Shown in pieces: positions 39,930 through 53,232 of a DNA stretch of 64,000 nt (its first letter is position 1; every line of letters begins with the position of its first letter). The notes below the pieces were generated by a model. That model did no database searches and had not been told where the DNA came from. It saw only the letters and a program-made list of their open reading frames with translations. Where the stretch lies: assembly GCF_006345805.1 (NCBI RefSeq), contig NC_043017.1, forward strand, positions 3,658,001 to 3,722,000, in the 5' to 3' direction. The position numbers and the translations under genes were made by a program. This stretch comes from Octopus sinensis. Its lineage: Eukaryota.

Positions 39930-40185
39930 TTTAGCGTGCTGTCTACGTTGGTATTATTAGCCTACGCTGAGAAATGAACTCGTCTGGGTTAGCGTTTAGA
40001 GTTTAGGGTTAGGTTACGATTGAGGTTTAAGCTTAGGGTTTAGGATTAGGTTACGATTGAGGTTTAAGCTTAGGGTTTAGGATTAGGTTACGATTGAGGT
40101 TTAAGCTTAGGGTTTAGGATTAGGTTTCCAGTTAGGGTTAGGCTTTACACAAAAGTATAAATGTTCAGGTAGACCGCACGCTAAA
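39930..40185. repeat. Telomere-like 37-bp tandem array (3 perfect copies) bounded by 17-bp inverted repeats
   Basis: Unit ttaggttacgattgaggtttaagcttagggtttagga at 40009-40119; IRs 39930-39946 and 40169-40185 (16/17 match). Confidence 0.85.
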
Positions 40186-40499
40186 CCGTAAATGGTAACG
40201 TATATCACACGTTACTGTGACACCTATAATCATTCATAGGTAAACAATATACAAGTTGTACAAAACAGACTATAGTTCGTTCAAAAAATGTAAATTACTT
40301 TAAAGTGGTCAATAAAAAGTGTGAGGGGAAAAGAAAATTTTCGCAAAATTATGACTGTTGTCTATGCCTTATAATAGGGAACGGATTTGAAAATTCATAA
40401 TTCTTACAGGTCACAAGCCGGATGCTTTGGGTAATATTTAAAACCTGTATGTATGTATGTATGTATGTATGTATGTATGTATGTATGTATGTATGTATG

Positions 40500-40558
<59 letters not shown>

Positions 40559-41832
40559 CATACATACATACATACATAAATCATATATATAAAATATACG
40601 TGTATATATACATATATATGTTTATTACATGTGTAATATAAAACAAGAGCTTGTTTGTGTGTGTGTGTGTCTGTGAGTGGTGCGTATGTTCCTTATGGAT
40701 TCGAAAACAGAGTTGCCAATTTCGATATACTGAATCAAAAGATTCAGTAATCTTTCGGCTACCATATAAAGAACGTGTTTTGCACAACAACTCTTTTTAC
40801 TACAAAAATAACCTCGAAACAAGGTCGAGTCGCAAAACTTTGAGGTCATTTTCGGGCACTATTTGGATTTGCTTCTAATCTACGTTGCTAATTTTAATGT
40901 TTATGGTATCAAAAAATGCTGCAATATATATGGAGCGTTATGAGTGCATTTGTGACGCACAAAATCCTATTTATCAACGGAAACTGACCTTAAAACATGC
41001 TTTTTTTGTACAATTATTGGCACATTTTTCGTACCACCCACTTCCGTTTTTGTCTTTTTCAAATTTTTGGCGGATTTCTATGTTTTAGATATAGGATAAT
41101 ATGATTTTGCCCCCTAAATCACGTTTTGAACATTTTAATTTGCCTCCCTACCCCAATTTCTTAATTTTCAACTTTTCGAATTTTTCTTCAATCCACGTTG
41201 AAAAATACAGAGATTACAAATCTGGGAATTTAAAAAAAAATTAATTTCCCTCACCTCGCCCACCCATCACTTTCCAATATTTCACTTTCGTCTGATGTTT
41301 CACGCGTGCGTAGAATTCTACTGAAATAGCAGACATCAATGGTATCAGACCACCACTAGAAAACCCGACATGCTAGAAACAACAACTTTATTTCTGAAAA
41401 AACTTCTCCACTTCCTAAGAAGTTAAAAGTGAAACATTCGTATATTTTAGTTTTTTGAATGTGGGTAAGTGATGGGTGGTGGTTGAAGGGGGTTTGAGAG
41501 TTTCTTAGCTATAATAACGAAGCTATAATAACGAAGTAATAATGGTTTAGCTAATAGTTTTAATTGCCTTGCGAATTATTCTTCAACTTTATGTCTTGTA
41601 TTGAGTGCTCCTCCTGAAGCCTGTCTTCATAAATGTGTGTGTTTATATGCGTGTGCATGCGTTTCATTGTGTGTGTCGTAAACAGATCTAAGACGTGAAA
41701 AAAAAACGTAGAAGAAACAAAGGTGAGTGTTAGAGTTGTTAAAAGAATAGAAGCATGACAATACCATAGGGTGTTGAAGATTACACACAAAAAGCAGTTA
41801 CTGCGTGCACAGCAATGCATTCCTAATCTTAC

Positions 41833-41936
41833 CCTTCCCACCTTTGAGCTTTCCGTTATTTGAACGTATTTTCCGTTTGGCTCTACTTCTGCGATCGAAA
41901 CGGTTCCGCTAGCAGTTCGGTTGATGGTGATTTTAC
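41833..41936 (-). CDS. IF exon (LTD start): GKITINRTASGTVSIAEVEPNGKYVQITESSKVGR
   Basis: Acceptor ttaccag, donor GTAAGA; 104 nt, phase 1 to 0; LTD motif G.vsI.Ev.p.GkyV.i. An alternative in-frame donor (GTGGGA) lies 9 nt upstream. Confidence 0.92.
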
Positions 41937-42063
41937 CTGGTAACGATAGAATATATTAAAAAAATCTTTTAGGTTTGCGTATCCATACATGTACATATAT
42001 ACACAAATACATACATGCATGAAATTATACATACATCGATACATACAGCATGCATACGTACAT

Positions 42064-42345
42064 ATATGGTATCAAATGTTCCGGGACTAGTGATGTTTAA
42101 TAAATAATAACTTATCATCTTCGACATGGTCACCTTGCGCAGCAAAAAACTGGTCTCAGCGTTCCTGCCACTTTTGGAATGCAGCATAGAAGTCGTTTTC
42201 TGTAAGCGAGTCGAGGACTTTCTGCGATTCGCTCTGGTTCACGACAGCAGTGTCAAAAGGGCGACCTTTGGGCTGTATTCTCATGTTGGGGACGAGTTAG
42301 AAGTCTGCAAGTGCTAAATCTGGCGAATAGAGCATATACGTGCTA
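42064..42345 (-). mobile_element. Mariner transposase C-terminal remnant with TIR
   Basis: YSPDLALADF*LVP...KGRPF...FQKWQER*...QGDHVED*. Confidence 0.85.
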
Positions 42346-42781
42346 AATAATTCTCCAGCTCACTGCTTTCGTGCAAGCATACACATCGACAACTGATTCA
42401 CAACATGCAGTTTCTCTGTTTTGATTATAAATTCCTTTTTGCACCGATAATTATTGGTGCACTTAATTGATAGATACTTAAGTGACAATCTCCAAAAGTT
42501 GAGATCGTCAAGCGAAAACGTAATCAACCAGCAGGGAGTTTGCAAATACGGTCAATTATGAAAAAAGTGAAATAAGCAAAAATGTTCCAGAATTCAACAT
42601 ATGACGCTTATACTTTTTGTCATCCAAATTCTAGTTAATGTGCATTTTCCCCCTTAGAAACCACATCTACTTACAATAAAAAATTCAAACAACTAGCAAA
42701 AGAAACAAAACAAAAAGACATTCGTAAAAATATACGTTTTAAAAAATTACGAAAAATGAGTACTCAATACACAATCTAAAG

Positions 42782-43036
42782 CAGTATTTCTCAACATGGG
42801 AAACACCTCACAGAGGTAGAGCATAACAATATTATGATGGTATGGGGGGTACTTTGAAATGGGGTGTAAGTAAGAAGTAACAATCGTATAAAACTTGTAC
42901 TAAAGTTTTAATTAAAACTTATTTGGGAAATAAATGTTTTATGTCCTAACTTTGCCCGTTCGTAGTGAGGTACACATATTTTAATTTATTTTGAAAATCG
43001 AAGGGTAGTACGGAAGAAATTGGTTGAGAAATACTA
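42782..43036. mobile_element. hAT/Charlie-like MITE
   Basis: TIRs cagtatttctcaac / gttgagaaatact; no clean 8-bp TSD. Confidence 0.55.
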
Positions 43037-43039
43037 ACC

Positions 43040-44450
43040 AATAGTTTATTCTAGGAGCCACTTGGTTATTTACTCTGTTGCTACTCAGAGTTTCATACCA
43101 CATACTGCTTGATCACGTAGGTTGAGCATGAATGAAATACACTGATAATACACCATTAAGTCGATTCTCATTGGTTGGAGGTGATCATCTGATAAGCTGA
43201 CTTGCACCTAACAGATTCTGTTGTTGATGCTACTGACTGGATCTACTAATCGATAAGGGAGAATACTCTCTTTATGATCTGTAAGAGTCAGGGGCGACTA
43301 CCACGGCCGATCTGGGTATTGCAGCTTATGCAAATCCAGAAGACTCTCTAGAGCTTTCGTTGGAGGCAGAGAGATAGTATCTCCGACCTTCTGTTCAGCA
43401 TCATTGACAATATGGCTGGCTATTTTATGGCGCTAGCTTAAGATCTTAAGTGACTTAAGATAGAGAGGTAGATTTATTTCTGATGTGAATTGCGTATAGT
43501 TCTTTTCAAAACTATCTGAAGTTGTTAGTAGTTGTTTTAATCATCATTGCTTGGGTAATTTATTGGGTTTTCTGAAGTTACAAGGTAGTTGTTAAGGTAG
43601 AAAATGTCTAGGTAAACGGCTAAAACTATAGTACGAGATCTGGTAATCTATGCTCTCCAGTCAAGAATAGCTTACTTTAAAGTTACGTCCGTTGAAAAAC
43701 TTGTGGTTTTCATGCATAACTGAGAAATAGAATTGTACCAGGGATACAAATTATCTGGATATGTTTCTCTTTGCCTCTACACTTATGATGAATAGTGGAG
43801 AGAACTAAGCTAGTTATCTGTTCTTGATTCTGCAGCCGTGTCCGGTAGAGGAGAGAAGGGTTGTTTTTTGCTTACGTCACTTCTTGTTCGTACGTCGTTC
43901 CAAATGAAAAATTCTTTATTGAAAATTACCTTATCAAAAACAAATTATGAAATTCAACTTATTCTGTCTACAAGACTCTTTGAGCTGAGAGTGGTTAGAG
44001 TTTTGTGTGAATATGGTTAATTTGTTAGGATTTCTTTTACAGTGATTTTTGCCTGTGACCAATTGCAGTTCCAAGGATTAAATGACATTAGGGTGATGCT
44101 AGTGGCTATTCTTCGAATATTTTTATCAAAATTTCTCTGACATTATCCATGATGTAAATGCTCATACAGGAAAATACAACCTGCAGCAATGTAGATGATT
44201 TGTTTATTGAGGGTATATACGATGGATAGTCACACGAGATTGGCATAAGATCACAACCCTTATTTGCTGACCCAGTAAGAATCGTCATGGAACAAAAACG
44301 ACTCTCGTGTTCGTTAGTATCTTGTTATAGGTGTTGCAAATAGTGGTGAATTTTCTTCTGAGTTCCTGAACTTTCAAAAAGAAGTCCACTACATCAAACT
44401 GAACGAGTCAGCAAATGGTTTGTTTTCTTTACTATTAAACCGACCCTATT
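43040..44450 (-). mobile_element. Decayed Penelope-like element (post-RT linker and GIY-YIG region)
   Basis: HKFFNGRNFKVSYS* (43664-43705), PCNFRKPNKLP (43552-43585), STSLS; many stops. Confidence 0.6.
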
Positions 44451-45931
44451 AATGATGACAGTTTTATTTTGCCAGCGTTGCAATATTTCTTATGGTTAGT
44501 ATCTTAACTTTAATACATAAAATTTAAATTTTCATTTTCGACCATAATCGCGTCGAAAAATATGCTTGCTGACTAAATTCTATTTATTTTGGGTAGATGG
44601 GGATGTAATAAATTGAAGCTAAAATTGGAAAAGAAACGGATGTACGGTCCTTAAGGATGACGCATGGTGAAATGTTTCTCGTAACCTCCCAATTTTGGTC
44701 GAGTCTCTTGTGTTTTCGTTTCTATGCTTATAATGTTACAGCTGGAAGGACAAGTTTTCTTTTGCTCATGTGATTTAGAATCTCTTGTGTTGTTTGAAAG
44801 GTATTATACGAATATTTAAGGTTTAAAGGAAATATTTAGTGAGATGTCGGAATCTTTTTTACAATACAAAACAATGTATGTAGCAGGAGTGTTGTATAAG
44901 TAACAATTAATTAATTAATTAATTAATTAATCCATTAATCAATTTGCTCTGACCAGTTCAAATCATATTATGGGCAGTGAGACATATATCATTATATATG
45001 TATAAAAAAGTGCATGCGAATATATACTTGAGTGCATAATATTGGTTACTGAACTAAGCAGTTGAGTTATTCGCAATTACTCTTTTACTGTTTTACTTGT
45101 TTCAGTCATTTGATTGTGGATATACTGGAGCACCGCCTTTAGTCGAGCAACTCGACCCCAGGACTTATTCTTTGGAAGCCTAGTACTTATTCTATCGGTT
45201 GTCAAGCAATGTTGGGGGGACATACACAGACACACAAGCACACACGCGCGCATATATATACATATACATATATATGACGGGCTTCTTTCAGTTTCCGTCT
45301 ACCAAATCCACTCACAAGGCTTTGGTCGGCCCGAGGCTATAGTAGAAGACAATTGCCCAAGGTGCCACACAGCGGGACTGAACCCGGAACCATGTGGCTG
45401 GTAAGCAAGCTACTTACCACACAGCCACTCCTACGCCTATAAAATTATTAAAAAATTCAATACACAAAGAATGTCGATGTTTTATAATGCATTTTATGCA
45501 CTAATGGGTGCATGTACACACATCTTATGTGTATATTTCAGTGTGCGCGTGTGCGGGCGCATGCGCATTGAATGCACCCCTCCTCGTCTAAAGTGTGATA
45601 TGGCTTAATACAACCATATTTATCCACGATATCGTTCATTGCTGTTAATATTTAACACAGGCACCGACCAAGATTTTTTCCTGTTTACACATTCCCTGTA
45701 TATATTGATGTAAAGCTATTTCATGTTGAGCATCGCCTCATCAATGCCATTAAATTGGAAGAGGTTGCAAAGAGGATGGAACACGCCTCTCCTCCTGCGA
45801 TGCTAAACTTTTAAATAAAACAATAAGATAAGGGTTTCCATGGCAGCTCTTTTGTTTCAATTCTATCCTCAAATTGCCAAAGAAAGATTGGTATAAACAT
45901 CTTGAAAGGAATAAGAAAAAAGTTGACTTAC

Positions 45932-46047
45932 CAGTTTCAGGTGTGTGGAAACCTGAAGAAGCCCTGTTTTGCAGGGCATTAGCTAATGCCTCTTCTGAAT
46001 GACTCTGAAAACCGCCAATTGACTGAACCACACCGCCAAGACTAAGT
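45932..46047 (-). CDS. IF exon (proximal tail): LSLGGVVQSIGGFQSHSEEALANALQNRASSGFHTPET
   Basis: Acceptor tttttacag, donor GTAAGT; 116 nt, phase 2 to 1, fits both neighbours. Confidence 0.88.
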
Positions 46048-46708
46048 CTGTAAAAAGGCAAAATTTAGAGGGGAAAAAATTGAAAGGATTCTAAACTAAT
46101 CAAGAATGAAATATCAATACACGAACTGTTAACGTCAGGCTTAAATTTATAAACAGTTTTTTTTTTATAAAAATATTTATAGGCGCAGGAGTGGCTGTGT
46201 GGTAAGTAGCTTGCTAAACAACCACATGGTTCCGGGTTCAGTTCCACTGCGTGGCATCTTGGGCAAGTGTCTTCTGCTATAGCCTCGGGCCGACCAAAGC
46301 CTTGTGAGTGGATTTGGTAGACGGAAACTGAAAGAAACCCGTCGTATATATGTATGTGTGTGTATATGTTTGTGTGTCTGTGTTTGTCCGCCCCAACATC
46401 GCTTGACAACCGATGCTGGTGTGTTTACCTCCCCGTAACCTAGCAGTTCGGCAAAAGTGACCGATAGAATAAGTACTAGGCTTACAAAGAACAAGTCCCG
46501 GGGTCGATTTGCTCGACTAAAGGCGGTGCTCCAGCATGGCCACAGTCAAATGACTGAAACAAGTAAGAGAGTAAGAGAGAGTATTTATTAACATCACTCA
46601 AAACGGAGTCTCAGCTGTTGCAGTCTTAGCACAAACAGTCACCCATCTCAGACTTTTATAAAGTCCATTTAGAATAATTTTGATTTCTTTAAAAAGTAAA
46701 GATTCCTG

Positions 46709-46739
<31 letters not shown>

Positions 46740-46950
46740 ATAATAATAATAATCCTTTCTACTGGAAGCACAAGGTCTCAATTTTGGGGGCAGGGGATTA
46801 AGTCGATTACATCGACTCCAGTACTAATTTTATCGACCCCGACAAGATGAAAGGCAAAGTCAACCTCGGCGGAATTTGAACTCAGAACAAAATAGCAGAC
46901 GAAATACGGCAACGCCCGGCGTGTTAACGTTTCTGCTAGCTCGCCGCCTC

Positions 46951-47021
<71 letters not shown>

Positions 47022-48164
47022 TTATAATAACAATAATAGTTTCAAATTTTGCCACAAAAGGTCAGCCATTTGGGGGGGGGGGGATGAGTTGATTGCGTAC
47101 TTAACGGTATTTTGTTCGTCCTTACATTTTGAGCTCAGACTTCATTAAGGTCGACTTTGCCTTTCATCCTTTCGAGGTCGATAAAAGCAGAGCAATGATT
47201 CGATATAATCAACTTGACCCCCTCCCCCGAAATTGTTGGTCTTGTAATAACATTTGGAATCAATACTTATTCGTATTGAGTTACGTCCCTTTACATTCTG
47301 AGTTCAAATCCTTTCGAGATTAACACTGAATTTCACCCCTTCTTGGGTCAATAAAAGAACTACCAGTCCAAGTACTTAACAAAGAGGAAATTTCTATAAA
47401 ATACCGTTTCGTCATGTCAAGTGCATGGCCTTTGTAACTCCGTCAATAATCAATATTCTTTATGTCTTGAATTCAAAAGGCCGTTGTAACTGACTTTAAT
47501 TTCTAAATTTTCTTGTATCAACAAAAGAAAATCCCTAACATTGGGCTACAACAAGTAACAATAGATGCCAAGAACCTCCCTCAGTATCCTAAATTAATAA
47601 TAAATGCGCCCTTTTAAAGTCTAGCCAGGCTCATGGGCCCGGTTTCCCGGTTTCAATGGCGCAGGTAGGATGGTGCTATTGAAGAGTCTAGCACGTATGA
47701 TATTACCTGTCTTTATTTTGATCATATCCTTTATTTCTGCTAATATAAAAAATAATAAATACACCCTTTTAAAGCCTAGCCAGGCTCATGGGCCCGGTTT
47801 CCAGGTTTCAATGGCGTATGTGTTCCCCAGCTGGATGGGACGCCAGAGTTACTTATTTTTGCCAGCTGACTGGACTGGAGCAACGTGAAATGAAGTGTTA
47901 TGTTCAAGAACACAACGCGTCGACCGGTCCAGGAATCGAAACCACAATCTTACTACTATGATGCTGACACCCTAACAACTAAGCCACGCGCCTCCGCTAT
48001 TTGTAGTTTACCGTTGTCTAATATTATTTAATTTTTAAATCTAACCACTAAACCACGCGCCTCCACCTTCTAGCTTTTATTACTCTGTATATTTCTCTTC
48101 CTGTAAGCAGCAGGTGTGTTGTATAAATAATGAATGGTTGATTAATTTTAAACCAGTAACAAAC

Positions 48165-48385
48165 CTGTTTTCTTCTCCTTCCAGCAGTTTACGATAAGCA
48201 GCTATCTCGAGTTCCATAGACAGTTTGGCATCCATCAGATCTCGGAGTTCTTTGATCATCGCCTCAAGCTCGGCATTGAGTCTATCAACGTCGCCTCTGT
48301 GTTCGCTTTTCTCGCTTTCCAAATCCGCAGAAACTGATTGAAATTCGCTCTGTAATGCTCTCAGCTGGGATGTTAGTTGGGCGAT
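48165..48385 (-). CDS. IF exon (end of rod): IAQLTSQ...LMDAKLSMELEIAAYRKLLEGEENR
   Basis: Acceptor gctttatag, donor GTTTGT (weaker); 221 nt, phase 0 to 2; IF helix termination motif. Confidence 0.97.
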
Positions 48386-49280
48386 CTATAAAGCGCAAAA
48401 ACATGAATAAATAAATATATAAATACACATATAGATATATTAGAGAGGCTATTATGCGGATAAACAAATGAAATACAACAGTTTGGGGTTGATATACAAT
48501 ATATATGCATTCAACGAGAATGCAATGAAAGACAGGAGATTTTCAGAAGGTGAAAATTCATGTATAAATAAATGGAAGCACTCCGTCGGTAACGACGACG
48601 AGGGTTCCGGTTGATCCGAATCAACGGAACAGCCTGCTCGTGAAATTAACGTGTAAGTGGCTGAGCACTCCACAGACACGTGTACCCTTAACGTAGTTCT
48701 CGGGGATATTCAGCGTGTCACAGAGAGTGACAAGGTCGGCCCTTTGAAATACAGGTACAACAGAAACAGGAAGTAAGAGTGAGAGAAAGTTGTGGTGAAA
48801 GAGTACAGCAGGGATCACCACCATCCCCTGCCGGAGCCTCGTGGAGCTTTAAGGTGTTTTCGTTCAATAAACACTCACAATGCCCGGTCTGGGAATCGAA
48901 ACCGCGGTCTTATGACCGCGAGTCCGCTGCCCTGACCACTGGGCCATTGCGCCTCCACGTATAAATAAATAGATATTTATATATTAACAGATAAAGCTTA
49001 CACAGAGTACAAACGACAGAGTAAATTAAAGGGGGAAAAGCTGTCAAGTATATATATATATATATATATAATATATATATATATTATATATATATAATAT
49101 ATAATATATATAAAGTTAGCATGTGGCCCAAGGATACGGAAACAGCATCGACCCGTTTAGAAATAGAAGCCAAATCCCTAATATACAACCGCCAGAAAGC
49201 ACCAAATAACAGAGAAGCAAGATTAAATGCTTGAGTATTTTTTGCTTATATATATATATACACACATATATATATATATG

Positions 49281-49613
49281 TACGAGATCGTGGAAACATT
49301 CATAACCATGTGTTTTGCTCCTGGCAGTCTCCTTGTAAGCAGTTTGAAGCATGTCGACTGCTTCGGCTACCGTTTTTCCCAGCAGAAAACAGACTTTCAC
49401 GGAAGCACGCTGTACCTTCGTTTCAGCCATGGCAAAAATCGACGAAAACGGGAGAAGCGCTGCAAAAACAAAGACGTGCCACGTGGCGGTACGACCACAC
49501 TCGATGACTGGTGCTTGAGAGTCGCATCAAGTAGTTTCTAGCGGCGGAATCCTGAGCTACAACTGGTTTGTCCCCCAGAGGAGGTTTCCGATTATTTTTG
49601 GTACGCTCTCATA
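49281..49613 (-). mobile_element. Mariner 5' fragment (TIR plus N-terminal HTH); duplicated at 49963-50295
   Basis: [32 protein letters not shown] matches the mariner N-terminal QRA.IKFCF.LGKT motif. Confidence 0.82.
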
Positions 49614-49652
49614 CATATACATATATGTATATATATATATATAATATATATA

Positions 49653-49702
<50 letters not shown>

Positions 49703-49710
49703 ATATATAT

Positions 49711-49764
<54 letters not shown>

Positions 49765-50303
49765 ATATATATATTATATATATAATATATATATAAAGTT
49801 AGCATGTGGCCCAAGGATACGGAAACAGCATCGACCCGTTTAGAAATAGAAGCCAAATCCCTAATATACAACCGCCAGAAAGCACCAAATAACAGAGAAG
49901 CAAGATTAAATGCTTGAGTATTTTTTGCTTATATAATATATACACACATATATATATATATGTACGAGATCGTGGAAACATTCATAACCATGTGTTTTGC
50001 TCCTGGCAGTCTCCTTGTAAGCAGTTTGAAGCATGTCGACTGCTTCGGCTACCGTTTTTCCAGCAGAAAACAGACTTTCACGGAAGCACGCTGTACCTTC
50101 GTTTCAGCCATGGCAAAAATCGACGAAAACGGGAGAAGCGCTGCAAAAACAAAGACGTGCCACGTGGCGGTACGACCACACTCGATGACTGGTGCTTGAG
50201 AGTCGCATCAAGTAGTTTCTAGCGGCGGAATCCTGAGCTACAACTGGTTTGTCCCCCAGAGGAGGTTTCCGATTATTTTTGGGTACGCTCTCATACATAT
50301 ACA

Positions 50304-50493
<190 letters not shown>

Positions 50494-50605
50494 TATATAT
50501 ATATATATATATACACACATATATATACATACATAGATTCAGACACATGCGCATACATATATCCACAGGTATATGCATTTCTATATGCATACACAGACAT
50601 ATGCA

Positions 50606-50686
<81 letters not shown>

Positions 50687-51632
50687 CGTAAATTCGTACA
50701 TATATACACATACATGCATATACAAATACATAGATTTGTGTATGTCTCAGCGAGAGACGTAGGTACACACAAAGTCATAAAGAAAAAAGAACAGATGGAT
50801 TTTAACGTCATTAAAACTCCACAACTATCTATTTCATAAGCAATCTATGCAAAACACTAAACATCTGTGACATGGCTCGAGTCAGTTCTACTCTTAACAA
50901 CACACGTCTAGCTCTGGTTAATTGAAAGCTATATTTTATTTGATTCATGACCGTTTAGCTGAGTGGGGTTCTTGCTTGTTTTTGTTATGTTTTATCTGAA
51001 GACAGCACCAACGACGTTGTTTTTCAAACCATCCGAAACAGGTGGTAAGAAATAGAAAGAATTCATGTCTCACGGACTGCTACAGTGGGAAGTAGAGGAT
51101 CAAAATAACAATTTACTGTTACAGACCGGTAACCTCAGATCTGAATACTCGTAACTGAATAACTTCCTTTCTGAAAGTACAGGTTTCTTAACCCTTTTTT
51201 GCTTATGGACCCTTTTTATTTTATTTTATCTTATATTTTATTTTATTTTATTCTGGTTTAGAGATTAGAGTGTTGTACTCGTGATCGTATGGTTGTGATT
51301 TTGATTCCTGGATCGCGTGATGCTTTGTCTTCTTGAGCAAGACTTCATTTCACATTGCTCTGGTTTGCTCAGCTGATAAAAATGAGTATTCCTATGATGG
51401 ACTGGCGTCTCGTTGCAGCAATCTATAGCCATTCGATGCTTAAAAACTAATTTTACAGAAACATCTTTCAAAATTCCTATTTTGTTTTTCCTACATTGAC
51501 TTGTTTAGGTTAAACTATGTAAAAAGTTAGAAAAAGGGACCTAGTTGTTCCTTGCAATATATACCTATAAATACAGCTAAAGCAAACTTTATTCAGGGAC
51601 CCTTAAAATACAATTGCGGATCCCCACTTTAC

Positions 51633-51785
51633 TATTGGGTTGGCAAGGAAAAAATTCGGTATGAAAACAAGTCATTGTTTTCATACAAAGAACGAACTTT
51701 AATCAATTATATATTTTCCATTTTGTTCGATGACGTTTTGTCATCTTTCTGACAACTTCATGATTCCGCACTCATAGAACTCCTT
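51633..51785 (-). mobile_element. Mariner 3' end
   Basis: EFYECGIMKLSER*QNVIEQNGKYIID* plus TIR tattgggttggc. Confidence 0.8.
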
Positions 51786-51999
51786 AAAAGGTATCGCTCG
51801 GGGCGGACTGTCCCCTCATCCCTCACCTTCAGCTGATTAGAATTATATACTTATGAGTCCTTGCAGTTTTCGGGGGCAATAGATACCTAAAAAGATACTC
51901 CATGGGCATAGATTCATTTGCTCGTTAACTCCAAACCTTTCCAACCCACGCACAAAATGCATTTAGCTCACACTCGCATTCTACTCACTGCATTTGGAT

Positions 52000-52140
52000 A
52001 GCATGGGAAGACCAAAGGATTAATGACTCGGGTTGCGGTAAACAGGGAACTGTGGCGTGTAATAAGGGCCAAACAACTGAGATTTCTTGATCATGTGATG
52101 AGGAAAGAGGGCCTGGAAAATTTAGCAATGACCAGAAAGA
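52000..52140 (+). mobile_element. RTE LINE fragment
   Basis: [24 protein letters not shown]. Confidence 0.7.
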
Positions 52141-52239
52141 TGTATGTATGTATGTATGTATGTATGTATGTATGTATGTATGTATGTATGTATGTATGTA
52201 TGTATGTGTGTACTTCGTAAACACCAGTCGTTTTTTTTT

Positions 52240-52430
52240 CTCCATCTCTTGTTGCCCACTTTGGGATCTTTCTTTCCTCTCTCTTCCTTCTTTATGTTTC
52301 CGACGAAGAGCTCCGCTCGAAACGTCATACCTTCCTGCTTCCATATTTCCTGAGCGCCTATTAATAATAATACTGTAATTGTTCCACGTGTTGTTGTTTT
52401 TTTGTTTTCCCGTTTGGATTAAAATTATAT
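52240..52430 (+). mobile_element. Further copy of the hammerhead-bearing short element
   Basis: gttt-CCGACGA-agagctccgctc-GAAACGTC at 52296-52326, followed by a (TA)n tract. Confidence 0.65.
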
Positions 52431-52484
<54 letters not shown>

Positions 52485-52572
52485 ATGTATATATATATAT
52501 ACACATATATATACATATGCAGAGAATATATGTATGCATGTATGTATATATGTATATATACATATATATTAT

Positions 52573-52611
<39 letters not shown>

Positions 52612-52698
52612 GTTCTCGGGGAGATTCAGTGTGACACAGTATGTGACGAGGCTGGCCCTTTGAAATACAGGTATAACAGAAACATGAAGAGTGAGAGA

Positions 52699-52729
<31 letters not shown>

Positions 52730-52747
52730 AAGGAAAATATATCTTAC

Positions 52748-52873
52748 CTGAGCCTGGCAGTCAAGAAGTTTGGCTTCAAGATCATTCTTCTGAGAACGAA
52801 GTCTTTTGTTCTCTTCGCTCATATGTGCTGTTTCGGCGTTTCCTTTCGATGCACCCAAACGCATTTCATTCAG
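52748..52873 (-). CDS. IF exon (coil 2): [42 protein letters not shown]
   Basis: Acceptor tttctttcag, donor GTAAGA; 126 nt, phase 0-0. Confidence 0.95.
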
Positions 52874-53232
52874 CTGAAAGAAATACACAAACAAAATATT
52901 TCAAAATATAATATTAGACAGAATTTCAACATTCTCTTCCTCTCTACAACTAAAGGTCTTTGCTCAAATTGTCAAGCTTAAAATACTATTAAGATTTGCG
53001 GACTTTATTAAATCATTTTTTTCCCTCAATGAACATCAGTGCTAGATTTCGTCAATGAAAGAAGATCATTGTTGATTTTTATCAATGGAAACCACAACCA
53101 GTTTTCTGTCAGTGACGTCATGAACCAGTATTTTTCAATAAAAACCATTTCTAGTTTTTGCCAAATAAATATGGATGATCTGAGGTTAATCAACAAGTCG
53201 TGTATCGCAGTGTTCTGAAGTGAGCAATAGAC

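Noticed and set aside
40009-40119. CRISPR array or true telomere
   Set aside because: No spacers; internal position; units are degenerate and enclosed by IRs.
45750-45931. Read-through extension of the proximal-tail exon (about 60 aa)
   Set aside because: Donor is consensus GTAAGT and no nearby minus-strand AATAAA was seen; likely a chance open frame.
50990-51052. Hammerhead-like CTGAAGA...GAAAC
   Set aside because: No convincing stem II or stem I.
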